A stretch of 64,000 bases of DNA from Leucoraja erinacea. Taxonomy: Eukaryota. The notes beneath the pieces are model-generated. The model was not told the origin of the DNA, did not search any database, and was given only the letters and a program-made list of their open reading frames with translations. Of this stretch, positions 51,458 to 63,386 are shown in pieces (position 1 is the first letter of the stretch; each line of letters begins with the position of its first letter). The position numbers and the translations under genes are program-made. The stretch is taken from positions 62,001 through 126,000 of the forward strand of contig NW_026576125.1 in the NCBI RefSeq assembly GCF_028641065.1. Direction: 5' to 3'.

Positions 51458-52954
51458 TAACACAAATAAAAATACATGCTGTTCAATTCTTTATTGGTAT
51501 TTAATTTTAGTGCACCATAGAAAGCATTTTATCAGGATGCATCACACCATGGTTTGGAAACAGCTCCATCCAAGAAATGGCAGCGAATTGTGGTTGCAGC
51601 CCAGATCATCACACAAACCAATCTCCCTTCCACTGACTCCATTTACATCTCATGCTGCCTCGGCAAGGCCAGCAGCATAATCAAGGACCTGTTGCACCCT
51701 GGCCACTCTCTCTTCTCCCCTCTCCCATCAGGAAAATAGGTATTGAAGTGTGAAAACACACACCTCCAGATTCAGGGACAGTTTCTTCCCAGCTGCTATC
51801 AAACAACTGAACCATCCACTCACCAACTAGATCGCAATCCTGAGATATCATCTACCGCACTGGAGACCCTCGCACTATGTTTAATCGGACATTACCTTGC
51901 ACAAAACATTCTTCCCTTTATCATGTATTTGTATACTGTGGATGGCTTGATTGTAATTATATAGTCTTTCTGGTGACTGGTTACCACGCAACAAAAAGCA
52001 TTTTCACTGTACCTCAGTCTACGTGACAATAAACTAAACCAAACCAAACATCCCTCGGCCCACACATTAGGCATTGCATCCCCCACCATAGACCTTCCAC
52101 CATCGACACTTCACGCTGCCTCAGGAAAGCAAACATCATCAAGGAACCTTCACATCCCAGTCATTGTCTCTACTCCCCTCTCCAGAAGATACAAGAAGCT
52201 TGAAAGCACATAGCAGCAAATTCAAGGACAGATCTACTTTAAGCACCGACAGGCAGATGTTTAATTGTAACATTGGAATAGAAGAGTTACCAATGATGAG
52301 TTGTCTCTTTTATTCAACATCATCCGTGCACATCCACTGAGGACAGAGACTCCTCAAACAACCATCCCCCTTGTTGGACACAGATGTCATGTGTGGCTCA
52401 GTGGTGAGCAATGTCACCTCATGAAAGCTGCTGTCTTTGGGATGAGGCTTTAAGGAGGTGCTTCTCAGGTATATGTCAGCAATGCCACAACATGACCACA
52501 AGAGTTCTGCTAATATTTATCCTGAAACCAAACAGCTAAACACAGGTGGGCTGTGGGAGAGCTGGGAAGGGGAGGGGAAAGAGGAAGAAAGCAAGCACTA
52601 CCCGACACAGGAGATCTGCCCAGATTTGGTTTGCCGTGTGTGAGCTGGCATCAGGTACATTGTCACAGCTGGGCAAGGAAAGACCACGGACCAATCAGTT
52701 CACCTTGTGTCACCCTGACGGTCACACGGCACAGTGATAATGGAGTTGACGACCACAATCAATCTCTGTCTTCAACTGGTCCAGGCGTGGGTGTGAGAAC
52801 ACCCAATGGTGGAAGGTTTTGGACACATTGATCCAACAACAACTATTTCTCCCAGAATGTGCTTCTCCTAGAATGTGCACACCTCACATCCCAAGCTACC
52901 CATGTACTGCCACCCAAAACACAGACACGCACACAAAATCTTTTTCACATCACA

Positions 52955-52960
52955 TTTATT
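52955..52960 (-). terminator. PolyA signal of the long secreted IgW form
   Basis: AATAAA on the minus strand about 290 nt after the tailpiece stop codon. Confidence 0.7.
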
Positions 52961-53252
52961 GATCTTGTATTGATACATTGACACATACATAGATTTAATA
53001 TCTCGTGTGATCCCATACAGGGTTAAAATCTGTTCAAGCACGGCAGAAATAGTTCTGTAAATGTATCCAGAAGCTCAGACATGTGTGATGAATCATGGCT
53101 GTGGCTTCATTTGTATCTCGTGTGGCATTATGTTTTTAATGATTTACAAAGGTTCACATTTTGATGATGTATTAGGGAACTAACCCATCATCCTCTGGGT
53201 CAGTTAATACATCCAGAAATGAACAAAACAAGTGTTTGAGAAATGAATCATG

Positions 53253-53638
53253 TTACACACAAGATTTAAAGCTGTCAGTCAGAACAAGTGAGACATTGAC
53301 CAGGGTGGGTTTGCTGTGAGATTTATTGATGCTTCTGAATAGACTGGTTGTGATGGATCCATGTCCCACAACACAGGAGAAGGTGGTGCCACAGTTCCAG
53401 TCCTCTGGAGAAACCTTCAACTGACTGGTCATGGTGTTCCACCCATTCCTGGTGTCCTTGGTCACGGGCTGGTTCACGATCCCTGTCTTCAGAAGGGTGT
53501 CGTTGGCCATCCAGGCCACATAGATGTCTGCAGGAGAGAATTTGGTGACCAGGCACGTCAAGGTGGCTGTCTTATCCGTCTCCACCTCATCCAATGAAGG
53601 GGGGAGGAGGTAGACTTGAGGACGTACCTCAACTCCAT
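53253..53638 (-). CDS. IgW: IgW terminal constant exon (C6-type) with long secretory tailpiece
   Basis: (D)GVEVRPQVYLLPPSLDEVETDKTATLTCLVTKFSPADIYVAW...FSCVVGH...SHSKPTLVNVSLVLTDSFKSCV*. The tailpiece has an NVS sequon and a penultimate Cys. Confidence 0.95.
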
Positions 53639-53994
53639 CTGGGAACAGAGAGAACCTGAGTTAGACTGAATCTGTCGATAATTCTGTACTTACACAATAC
53701 ATTCCAATCTTATACTGACATGGACCCCGTTTACATCCTGAGGGACCTCAGTTCATCTGAAACTAAAGGCTTTTCCTTTCTGCTCATTGTAGGGATGTAT
53801 GGAATAGAAATCATGCCTCTGGTGCATTTTACAGGGCGGCATGGTGGCGCAGCGGTAGAATTGCTGCCTACAATGCAAGAGACATGGGGTTTGATCCCAA
53901 CTATGGCTGGTGCCTGCATGGAGTTTGTACGTGACCACGTGGGTTTTCTCCGGGTGCTCAGGTTTCCTCCCACACTACAAAAATGTACATGTTC

Positions 53995-54470
53995 TCTGTA
54001 TGGCAGGACTGTCATATGCTGAGAAAATGGAGTGGCTGGGCTTGTATACTCTGGAATTTAGATGGATGAGAGGGAATCTGATCGAAACATAAGATTATTA
54101 AGGGTGTGGACACGTTAGAGGCAGGAAACATGTTCCCGACGTTCAGGGAGTCAAGAACCAGCGGCCACAGTTTAAGAATAAGGGTTAAACCATTTTGAAC
54201 AGAGATGAGGAAACACTTTTTCACACAGAGAGTTGTGAATCTGTGGAATTCTCTGCCTCAGAGGGCGGCGGAGGCCGATTTTCTGGATACTTTCAAGAGA
54301 GAGCTAGATAGGGCTCTTAAAGATAGTGGAGTCAGGGGATATGGGGAGAAGGCGGGATCGGGGTACTGATTGGGGATGATCAGCCACGATCACATTGAAT
54401 GGAGGTGCTGGCTCGAAGGGCCAAATGGCCTACTCCTGCACCTATTGTCTATTGTCTATTGTTTGTAGGC
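53995..54470 (+). mobile_element. CR1-type LINE 3' fragment
   Basis: LGLYTLEFR.MRGNLIE...SRTSGHSLRI; (ctattgt)n tail. Confidence 0.88.
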
Positions 54471-55039
54471 TAATTGACTTGGTTTAATTGTAAATTGTCC
54501 TTGGTATGTGATGGGTAATGTTAGTGTGCGGGGATCGCTGGTTGGCGTGGACTTGATGGGCCGAAGGTCGCTGTATCTCTAAACTAAACAGAACTATAGC
54601 TTCCAGTGAGTTTAAATTGGTTAGTTAATCAACAGGAGCCACTGAATGCTGAGACTCTACAGAAAATGGAACCCAGCCCTTGGACCAGCCTGTTTCTGCG
54701 CTGTCTGTTCCATCTCCCCTTCTGCTTAAATGATTGGCTGGTGTTTGCCTCAAGTTCCCTGCCCTTCCAGTCCTGACTCAGTCTGTATCTCGGCTTGTGA
54801 AAGTTGCAATTCCCTCTCCCTCGATTCTATCTAAGCAACTCACGCTGAGGGAATAAGTGTGGTAATGGGCGAGGCTGTCGTGGTGACTTGGGATATTAAT
54901 GATGTGGTTATTCAGCTGAGTTTAATCTTATTTTCACACTCTCTGACCATCTGTAAGTCCACCCAATATCCATTAGATATCCACTGGAGATCAGAAAAAT
55001 CCAAAGGAATCTGAGAAAAACTATGAAATTCTTAATCGG

Positions 55040-56560
55040 ATTGATGAAGGGGAGCCAGTATATGTATTGTATCTAGACTTTCAGAAAGCCTTTGATAAGG
55101 TCCCGCACGGGAGACTGGTGACTAAAATTAGAGCACATGGTATTGGGTAGGGTGTTGCCATAGATAGAAAATTGGTTGGCAGACAGGAAGCAAAGAGTAG
55201 GAGTGAACAGGTCCTTTTCATAATGGCAGGCAGTGGCGAGTGGAGTGCCGCAAGGCTCGTTGCTGGGGCCGCAACTGTTTACCATATATATTAATGATTT
55301 GGAAGAGGGAATTAGGAGCAACACTAGCAAGTTTGCGGATGACACAAAGCTGGGTGGCAGTGTGAATTGTGAAGAGGATGTTAGGAGGTTGCAGGGTGAC
55401 CTGGACAGGTTGAGTGAGTGGGCAGATGCGTGGCAGATGCAGTATAATATAGATAAATGTGAGGTTATCCACTTTGGTGGCAAAAACAAGGGGGCAGATT
55501 ATTATCTCAATGGGGTTAGGTAAGGGGGATGTACAGCGAGACCTAGGTGTCCTTGTACAACGGTCACTGAAAGTTAGCGTGCAGATACAGCAGGCAGTGA
55601 AGAAAGCTAATGGAATGTTGGCCTTCATAATAATAATAATAATAATAATAACTTTGTTTGTTAAGCACCTTAAAAACAACCAAAGCTGACCAAAGTGCTG
55701 TACAGAAAAAAGAAAACAAGCAAGACATCATAAAACAGGCAGAACAACAGAACATACAACTAACACGAGGCGCATAAATTACATACAAAAAATCCAAACA
55801 ATAAATTAAAAAAAAACATAAAACACAAGTACGAACAACGCAGCAAAACCAAGCAAATAAAGTTAATAAACAATTCAACACCTCACTGGTCTACAAAGGC
55901 CATGGAGAATAGATATGTCTTCATAACAAGAGGATTTCAGTATAGGAGTAGAGAAGTTCTTCTGCAGTTGTATAGGGCTCTTGTACGACCACATCAAGAG
56001 TATTGAGTACATTTTGTCTCCTAATTTGTGGAAGGACATCATTGTGATTGAGGCAGTACAGTGTAGGTTCACGAGATTGATCCCTGGGATGGCGGGACTG
56101 TCATCTGAGGAAAGATTGAAAAGACTAGGCTTGTATTCACTGGAGTTTAGAAGAATGAGGTGGGCTCTTATAGAAACATATAAAATTATAAAAGGACTGG
56201 ACAAGCTAGAAGCAGGATAAATGTTCCCAATGTTGGGCGAGTCCAGAACTAGGGCTCAGTCTTAGAATCAAGGGGAGGCCATTTAAGACTGAGGTGAGAA
56301 AAAACTTTTTCATCCAGAGAGCTGTGAACTTGTGGAATTCCCTGCCACAGAGGGCAGTGGAGGCCAAATCACTGGATGGCTTTAAGATGCAGTTAGATGG
56401 AGCTCTAGGGGCTAATGGAATCAAGGGATATTGGGAGAAGGCAGGCATGGGTTATTGATTGGGGACGATCAGCCATGATCACAATGTATGGTGGTGCTGG
56501 GTCGTAGGGCCGAATGGCCTCCTCCTGCACCTATTTTCTATGTTTCTATGAACAGGTGAG
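55040..56560 (+). mobile_element. CR1-type LINE RT fragment with an internal insertion (~55630-55905)
   Basis: YLDFQKAFDKVPH, SGVPQGS.LGP, KFADDTKL, LGLYSLEFRR. Confidence 0.9.
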
Positions 56561-56948
56561 GCAGAGGAAGAATGTTTTAGATATTGGGGAATCCAGGCCA
56601 GGAGATGACAGTCTGAGGTGAAGGTGTGTAGGTGTGAGAGGGGGAGAAATGTCTTCACACAGACAGTGGTGAACCTGGACATTCTCTGCCACAGACAGCA
56701 TTGAAGCCCAATTATTAGATATATGCAAGAATGAGTTGGATCCAGTTCTTAGGGTAAAGGGATCAAGGGATATGGAGAGAATGCAGGAAGAGAGTACTGA
56801 ATATGGATGATCAGCCGTGCTCATATTGAATGTCTGTGCAGGATTGAAGGGCTGAATGGCCTGCTCCTGCAATTATTTTCTATGCTGGATGTGATAAGTG
56901 TGTCCATTTGCTCAGATCAGACTCGCACCAACCTCTGTCAACACGTAC

Positions 56949-57269
56949 CTGTCAGCTTCTGCAAAGATCTGCGCTCCGGTGTTGGCAAACTCTTGTCCTC
57001 CACAACACAGGTGTACAGAGCCCCACTCTCCCACTCTGCAGCGGGGACCGTCAGTCCGCTGGTGATGGTGTCTGTACCTCCGATCTTCTCTACACCACGA
57101 GTTGTCACCCCGTCTTCTCTCTTCATTTCATTCACTTGCCAGGTGACCCTGAATCCCTCTAAATCACCGTGAACCACCTTACACAGAATGGTGGCTGTCT
57201 TGTTGATCCAGATCTCTTCGAAGGAAGGTTTGCTTAAAGTGACCGAGGGGCGGGTATCTGAACATTCAT
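56949..57269 (-). CDS. IgW: IgW constant exon, C5-type (321 nt)
   Basis: (D)ECSDTRPSVTLSKPSFEEIWINKTATILCKVVHG...W...EWESGALYTCVVED. Acceptor tcccag, donor G|GTACGT. Confidence 0.92.
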
Positions 57270-57937
57270 CTGGGAGAAATCACATTTATTATGTCATCGT
57301 TCCCTGATGGAGCAGCTTGCCACTGAAGTATTTTGTGCACATTTCCACTGAATGATATGCTGGTCCCATCAACATCAGGGAGATTTATCTACATTGGTGT
57401 AGGAATGAAGCTTCCTATTGATCCCACAAGGAAACCGTGCTAAACAATGTGAATTAACAAGTTGACTTTTACATTATTTGACAGTTTTGGGATCACTGAA
57501 CCTGCTACCAGCTATTTACTGAATCAAATGTATAAAATTCCCTCTGAGGAGAGGCAAATCGAGCTAATGTATGAGGTCAAAATGTTCAGTTCAGTTTAGT
57601 TTATTGTCACGTGTACCGAGGTACAGTGAAAAGCTTTTGTTGCGTGCTAACCAGTCAGCGGAAAGTTCTTCACTTTATATTATAAAATAGAAGCAGCGGC
57701 ATTATTTTATTTAGTCACGAGTGGACCGGAGTAGGATGAAGAAAGGTCTCGACACAAAGCCTCACCTCCCCATGTCCTCCAGGGATGCTGCCTGACCTGC
57801 TGAGTTACTCCAGCATATTGTGTCCTTTCATTTAGTCACAACTGTTTAAATGCATTTTGTATCCATGAGGTGTAACTAAACTCTCCTGCTGCTTTGTCAG
57901 AATGTAGTGTGTTGCAGCCGGCCTGTTCCAGAGGCTG

Positions 57938-58023
57938 CTACACATTGCCTAGACTGACTGTAGCCACTCTGGGGCAGGGAGAGAGCTGCTCTGCTGGACA
58001 CCCTGTCACAGCTGAGGCACCCA
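57938..58023 (-). CDS. IgW: Candidate second interspersed IgW secretory exon
   Basis: Pyrimidine-rich acceptor ctttccctctgcctttgtacttaatgccag. A phase-1 read gives (V)GASAVTGCPAEQLSPCPRVATVSLGNV*. AATAAA lies at 57706-57711 (minus). Confidence 0.5.
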
Positions 58024-58267
58024 CTGGCATTAAGTACAAAGGCAGAGGGAAAGACCGTTTTGAAGAAGAGTATTGTGGATCTCCACCGTGTCTGGCCTGT
58101 CGACTGGCTTGGATTGCCCTAAAGTTACTAAAGCAATGTCAAAGATACAATTATTTCTGTGGCCAGATTCACTTACAAGCCCACAACAGGACTGCACCAT
58201 GTTACAATGCTGCCCATGTGTGGCACAGTTTACAATGTGGAGAATGGAGTGAATCCCAGGAGCCTAC

Positions 58268-58585
58268 CTTGGATGTTCTTCACATCCTTCGTGATGATGG
58301 TGTTGGAGGCGCGATGATACACTGTACAATTGAAACGTGAGCCTGACTTCCAATCCTCTGTACTCATGGTCAGGAAGTGGCTGGCACTGAAAGTGCCCCC
58401 CTGCTCCAGAGCAGTTGGTGCAGCGCTGGTGTTGTTGGAGATCAGGGCATCGTCTTTACTCCAAGCGACGTTGATGAGGTCTGGGTAGAATCCAGAGACC
58501 ACACACTCGAGGGTGACCTTGTGGCTATGCTTGGTCTCTTCGTGTGTTTGAAGCAGCAGTCTGACTTCAGGTTTATTTGGCTCAA
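58268..58585 (-). CDS. IgW: IgW constant exon, C4-type copy 2 (318 nt)
   Basis: Near-identical to 60097-60414, with an open frame and canonical splice sites. Confidence 0.92.
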
Positions 58586-59127
58586 CTGGAACAGAGCAAA
58601 ATAAATGTTAAACTCTCTCATAGAGACATAGAGTGATACAGTGTGGAAACAGGCCCTTCAGCCCAACTTGCCCACCCCGGCCAACATGTCCCAGCTACAT
58701 TAGTCTCTCCCGCCGTGTTTGGTCCATGTCCCTCAAAACCTGTCCCTGTCTGTTTTTTTAATGTTAGGATAGTCCCTGCCTCAACTACCTCCTCTGGCAG
58801 CTTGTTTCATACATCCACAACCCTTTGCGTGAAGAAGTTACCCCTCAGATTCCTATTAAATCTTTCCCCCTTCACCTTAAACCTATGTCCTCTGGTACTC
58901 AATTCACCTACTCTGGGCAAGAGACTGTGCATCTATCCAATCTATTTCTCTCATGATTTTATACACCTCAATAAGATATTCCCTCATCCTCCGACACTCG
59001 AAGGAATAGAGTCCCAGCCCACTCAACCTCTCCCTATAGCTCTCTAGCCCTGGCAACATCCTTGTAAATCCTCTCTGTACCCTCTCTCTCTCTGTCACAC
59101 CCATTTAATCACTGATCTGTTGCCCAC

Positions 59128-59430
59128 CTTTGTTATGGTTGGTCCGCGCTGACACTGGTGAGGACGATGAAGATTGTTGGGCGAAGCACACAAACTCCAC
59201 CCCGCTGGTCCACTCCTCGACGCTGGTCCGGAGTTCACTGGTCACAGGGTTTTGGGTGCCTTCATGGCTCGGTGTACGGGTCATAACTCCTTCACTTCTC
59301 TCCTTTCCTCCCACCTTCCAGGTGAGATGGACCTGGCTCGGATCACTACAGATCACTGAACACACCAGCGTAGCGGTCTTGTTGATCCAAATCTCTTTCA
59401 TGCCAGGATTTTGAATGAAGACGGCCAATA
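59128..59430 (-). CDS. IgW: IgW constant exon, C3-type copy 2 (303 nt)
   Basis: Near-identical to 60956-61258, with an open frame and canonical splice sites. Confidence 0.92.
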
Positions 59431-60096
59431 CTGTGGATCAGAAATGGAAAAGATCAGAATTTTAGTTGAGACTCATCTGTTACTAAAGGGCCTGTCCCAC
59501 TTACGCAACTTTTTCGGCGACTGCCGGCACCCGTCATAGGTCGTTGCAGGTCGCCCAAAATTTTCAACATGTTGAAAATCCAGCGGCGACCAGAACAAGG
59601 TACGAACCATTGGGCGACTACTCATGACCATACAGGCTTCACCTATGTCGGCAGGGTGTCACCTGTATGGTCGTGAGTATTCTCCTCAGTTGCCCAAAGA
59701 GCCGTAGCACCGTTCTGGTCGTCACGGAATTGTCAACGTTAACATTTTTCAGTGACCTGCTGCGACTATGACAGGTGCTGGCAATCGCAGAATAAATTGC
59801 GTAAGTGGCTCAGGCTCTTTATGGAAAGGCAGGGCAGAAATCCAAACAGGTGTCTCATAAAATAACAAAGGCAGAGGGAAAGACCGTTTTGAAGAAGAGT
59901 AATGTGGATCTCCACCGTGTCTGGCCTGTCGACTGGCTTGGATTGCCCTAAAGTTACTAAAGCAATGTCAAAGATACAATTATTTCTGTGGCCAGATTCA
60001 CTTACAAGCCCACAACAGGACTGCACCATGTTACAATGCTGCCCATGTGTGGCACAGTTTACAATGTGGAGAATGGAGTGAATCCCAGGAGCCTAC

Positions 60097-60414
60097 CTTG
60101 GATGTTCTTCACATCCTTCGTGATGATGGTGTTGGAGGCGCGATGATACACTGTACAATTGAAACGTGAGCCTGACTTCCAATCCTCTGTACTCATGGTC
60201 AGGAAGTGGCTGGCACTGAAAGTGCCCCCCTGCTCCAGAGCAGTTGGTGCAGCGCTGGTGTTGTTGGAGATCAGGGCACCGTCTTTACTCCAAGTGACGT
60301 TGATGAGGTCTGGGTAGAATCCAGAGACCACACACTCGAGGGTGACCTTGTGGCTATGCTTGGTCTCTTCGTGTGCTGGAAGCAGCAGTCTGACTTCAGG
60401 TTTATTTGGCTCAA
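60097..60414 (-). CDS. IgW: IgW constant exon, C4-type copy 1 (318 nt)
   Basis: EPNKPEVRLLLPAHEE...LECVVSGFYPDLINVTW...EDWKSGSRFNCTVYH. Acceptor ttccag, donor G|GTAGGC, phase 1-1. Confidence 0.92.
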
Positions 60415-60955
60415 CTGGAACAGAGCAAAATAAATGTTAAACTCTCTCATAGAGACATAGAGTGATACAGTGTGGAAACAGGCCCTTCAGCCCAACTTGC
60501 CCACCCCGGCCAACATGTCCCAGCTACATTAGTCTCTCCCGCCGTGTTTGGTACATGTCCCTCAAAACCTGTCCCTGTCTGTTTTTTTAATGTTAGGATA
60601 GTCCCTGCCTCAACTACCTCCTCTGGCAGCTTGTTTCATACATCCACCATCCTTTGCATGAAGAAGTTACCCCTCAGATTCCTATTAAATCTTCCCCCTT
60701 CACCTTAAACCTATGTCCTCTGGAACTCAATTCACCTACTCTGGGCAAGAGACTCTGTGCATCTATCCAATCTATTTCTCTCATGATTTTATACACCTCA
60801 ATAAGATATTCCCTCATCCTCCGACACTCGAAGGAATAGAGTCCCAGCCCACTCAATCTCTCTATAGCTCTCTAGCCCTGGCAACATCCTTGTAAATCCT
60901 CTCTGTACCCTCTCTCTCTCTGTCACACCCATTTAATCACTGATCTGTTGCCCAC

Positions 60956-61258
60956 CTTTGTTATGTTTGGTCCGCGCTGACACTGGTGAGGATGATGAAG
61001 ATTGTTGGGCGAAGCACACAAACTCCACCCCGCTGGTCCACTCCTCGACGCTGGTCCGGAGTTCACTGGTCACAGGGTTTTGGGTGCCTTCATGGCTCGG
61101 TGTACGGGTCATAACTCCTTCACTTCTCCCCTTTCCTCCCACCTTCCAGGTGAGATGGACCTGGCTCGGATCACTACAGATCACTGAACACACCAGCGTA
61201 GCGGTCTTGTTGATCCAAATCTCTTTCATGCCAGGATTTTGAATGAAGACGGCCAATG
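60956..61258 (-). CDS. IgW: IgW constant exon, C3-type copy 1 (303 nt)
   Basis: Ig C1-set domain LAVFIQNPGMKEIWINKTATLVC...W...EEWTSGVEFVC, with an AG acceptor, GTGGGC donor and phase 1-1. Confidence 0.92.
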
Positions 61259-63282
61259 CTGTGGATCAGAAATGGAAAAGTTCAGAATTTTAGATGAGAC
61301 TCATCTGTTACTAAAGGGCCTGTCCCACTTACGCAACTTTTTCAGCGACTGTCGGCCACCGTCATAGGTCGTCGCAGGTCGCCCAAAATTTTCAACATGT
61401 TGAAAATCCAGCGGCGACCAGAACAAGGTACGAACCATTGGGCGACTACTCATGACCATACAGGCTTCACCTATGTCGGCAGGGTGTCACCTGTATGGTC
61501 GTGAGTATTCTCCTCAGTTGCCCAAAGAGTCGTAGCGCCGGTCTGGTCGTAGCTAAATTTTCAACGTTAACATTTTTCAGTGACCTGCTGCGACTATGAC
61601 AGGTGCTGGCAATCGCAGAATAAATTGCGTAAGTGGCTCAGGCTCTTTATGGAAAGGCAGGGCAGAAATCCAAACAGGTGTCTCATAAAATAACAAAGGC
61701 AGAGGGAAAGACCGTTTTGAAGAAGAGTAATGTGGATCTCCACCGTGTCTGGCCTGTCGACTGGCTTGGATTGCCCTAAAGTTACTAAAGCAATGTCAAA
61801 GATACAATTATTTCTGTGGCCAGATTCACTTACAAGCCCACAACAGGACTGCACCAGCCCAAACAGGTGTCTCATAAAAGAACTTTAAGATGTTTATGTC
61901 ATCACATAAAAGACTGATCAATGGCAGATCAAACTATACACTGGCTAGATTTATTGCAAACAGAATAGTAGAAAAACTCGTGTTAAATAGCAGGTTGAGT
62001 GTTTTGACTGAAAAAAAACAGAACAAAGGATCCGTCAACTGGGATTTGACTCTCTTTCCCATCACCATGATCAGCTGGTACATTACAGGGGCACAATTTG
62101 ATATGTGCTTTGCTTGGAACCCCTGCTGCATCGATTAGTAATACTGAGCAACATGAATGAGAAAAGCAACTTTTTTCCCTGTAGGCCAAGCCTGGGATTC
62201 CCTCAGTTTAAGAATGTCACATGCTGATATCACAGCCTTACTTTGACCATGTGTCTCACCATCTCTGAAACCTTCACCACAAACACAACCTTCAGTAAAG
62301 GTGTCATTCTTCCAGCTCAGGGCACTCGTAAGCCTGCACTCCTTTCACCTTTGTACCACTTGCTGTGTCATGTTGCAGTGTTGCCCACAAACACCAAAAC
62401 TCACTCAGCCATAGACTAGTGTCAGTTTAGTGTGACTGTGCTCCAGTGAAGACTTTGAGGCGTTTCAGTAATTGATAGAAATGATCAGAAATAAATTAGT
62501 GGCTGACTCTCCAGCGACAGCAGAGCAAATCATAAATGGTTAGAAGTATCAAGGTCCCTCTCCTGCTGCAGATTGGGATGAAATTCTGCATTAGATGTAT
62601 TTTCCCGTTTCACATCAGAATCATTGGGCGAGGAAGAGAATGATTTATTCATTCATTGCCCCTGACTGGCCTGCACTGCCACTTGTCTTCTGAAGCAGCA
62701 TCATGAGTCTAGTTGCACTCAGCTCACTCTTGTGTGTGCACTGTTTACACACTTAGTCACTTGGACCACATGAGCTGATTTTGCTCTCAAACACTTATTG
62801 TGGAGTGTGATTAGGTTTGTCAGAATTGAAACTTTCAGTGAGCCTGGAGATCAAAGCCTTCAGCTGCGTAGAAAGCAGTCTGTCTGACAGGAGACATAAC
62901 ATTTGTCAATGTAAGATGTTGTCTATTTCACAACCCCTCCTTCTTTAAGCAAAATGGTGAGCAAATTCCTTTCAAAAATAGTTATGTGCATGGTATTAGT
63001 GTGGATGACAGTGGTTGCAGTGTCATCAGAACTTTATAAGTCTAGTTTAACAGTGTGCAATGTTTTTGCTTTGTGAATCTTGTTTTAATCAGCAATGTGA
63101 TATTGTTAAACATGTGTGTTTGCAAGATGCTCAATCCCGTCCCTTATCAGTGACAGTCGTGTAGTTCCAGCATCGCGGTGTCGGGGGGAAACCGCCTCCT
63201 ATGAAACCTGGCAGAGTATGGATACCCTCCATCCTGTCAAATGCTGGTATCTTCCACAAGAGACATTTTGTCTTGCTCAACC

Positions 63283-63386
63283 TTAGATGATTATAACCAA
63301 ACACGTCCATTCCTTGCAACATTCCTTGCATTCCCTGAGTTTCTCCTTTGGACTGAGGTCTGTGTCCGGGAGGTGGGTTAATAAAT
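63283..63386 (-). CDS. IgW: IgW short-form secretory exon with Cys-rich tail
   Basis: Acceptor gccacag; a phase-1 read gives (D)LLTHLPDTDLSPKEKLRECKECCKEWTCLVIII*. AATAAA lies at 62644-62649 (minus). A Cys-rich tail after CH2 is the known hallmark of short IgW (skate IgX). Confidence 0.75.

Noticed and set aside
52310-52501. Cys-containing 63-aa minus-strand ORF whose stop overlaps AATAAA
   Set aside because: Purine-rich acceptor, no recognisable similarity, and a length expected by chance.
59819-59853. Possible mini secretory exon (D)TCLDFCPAFP* after the first C4, also present at ~61650-61680
   Set aside because: Weak GAG acceptor, a stop codon that overlaps a MITE end, and no nearby polyA signal.
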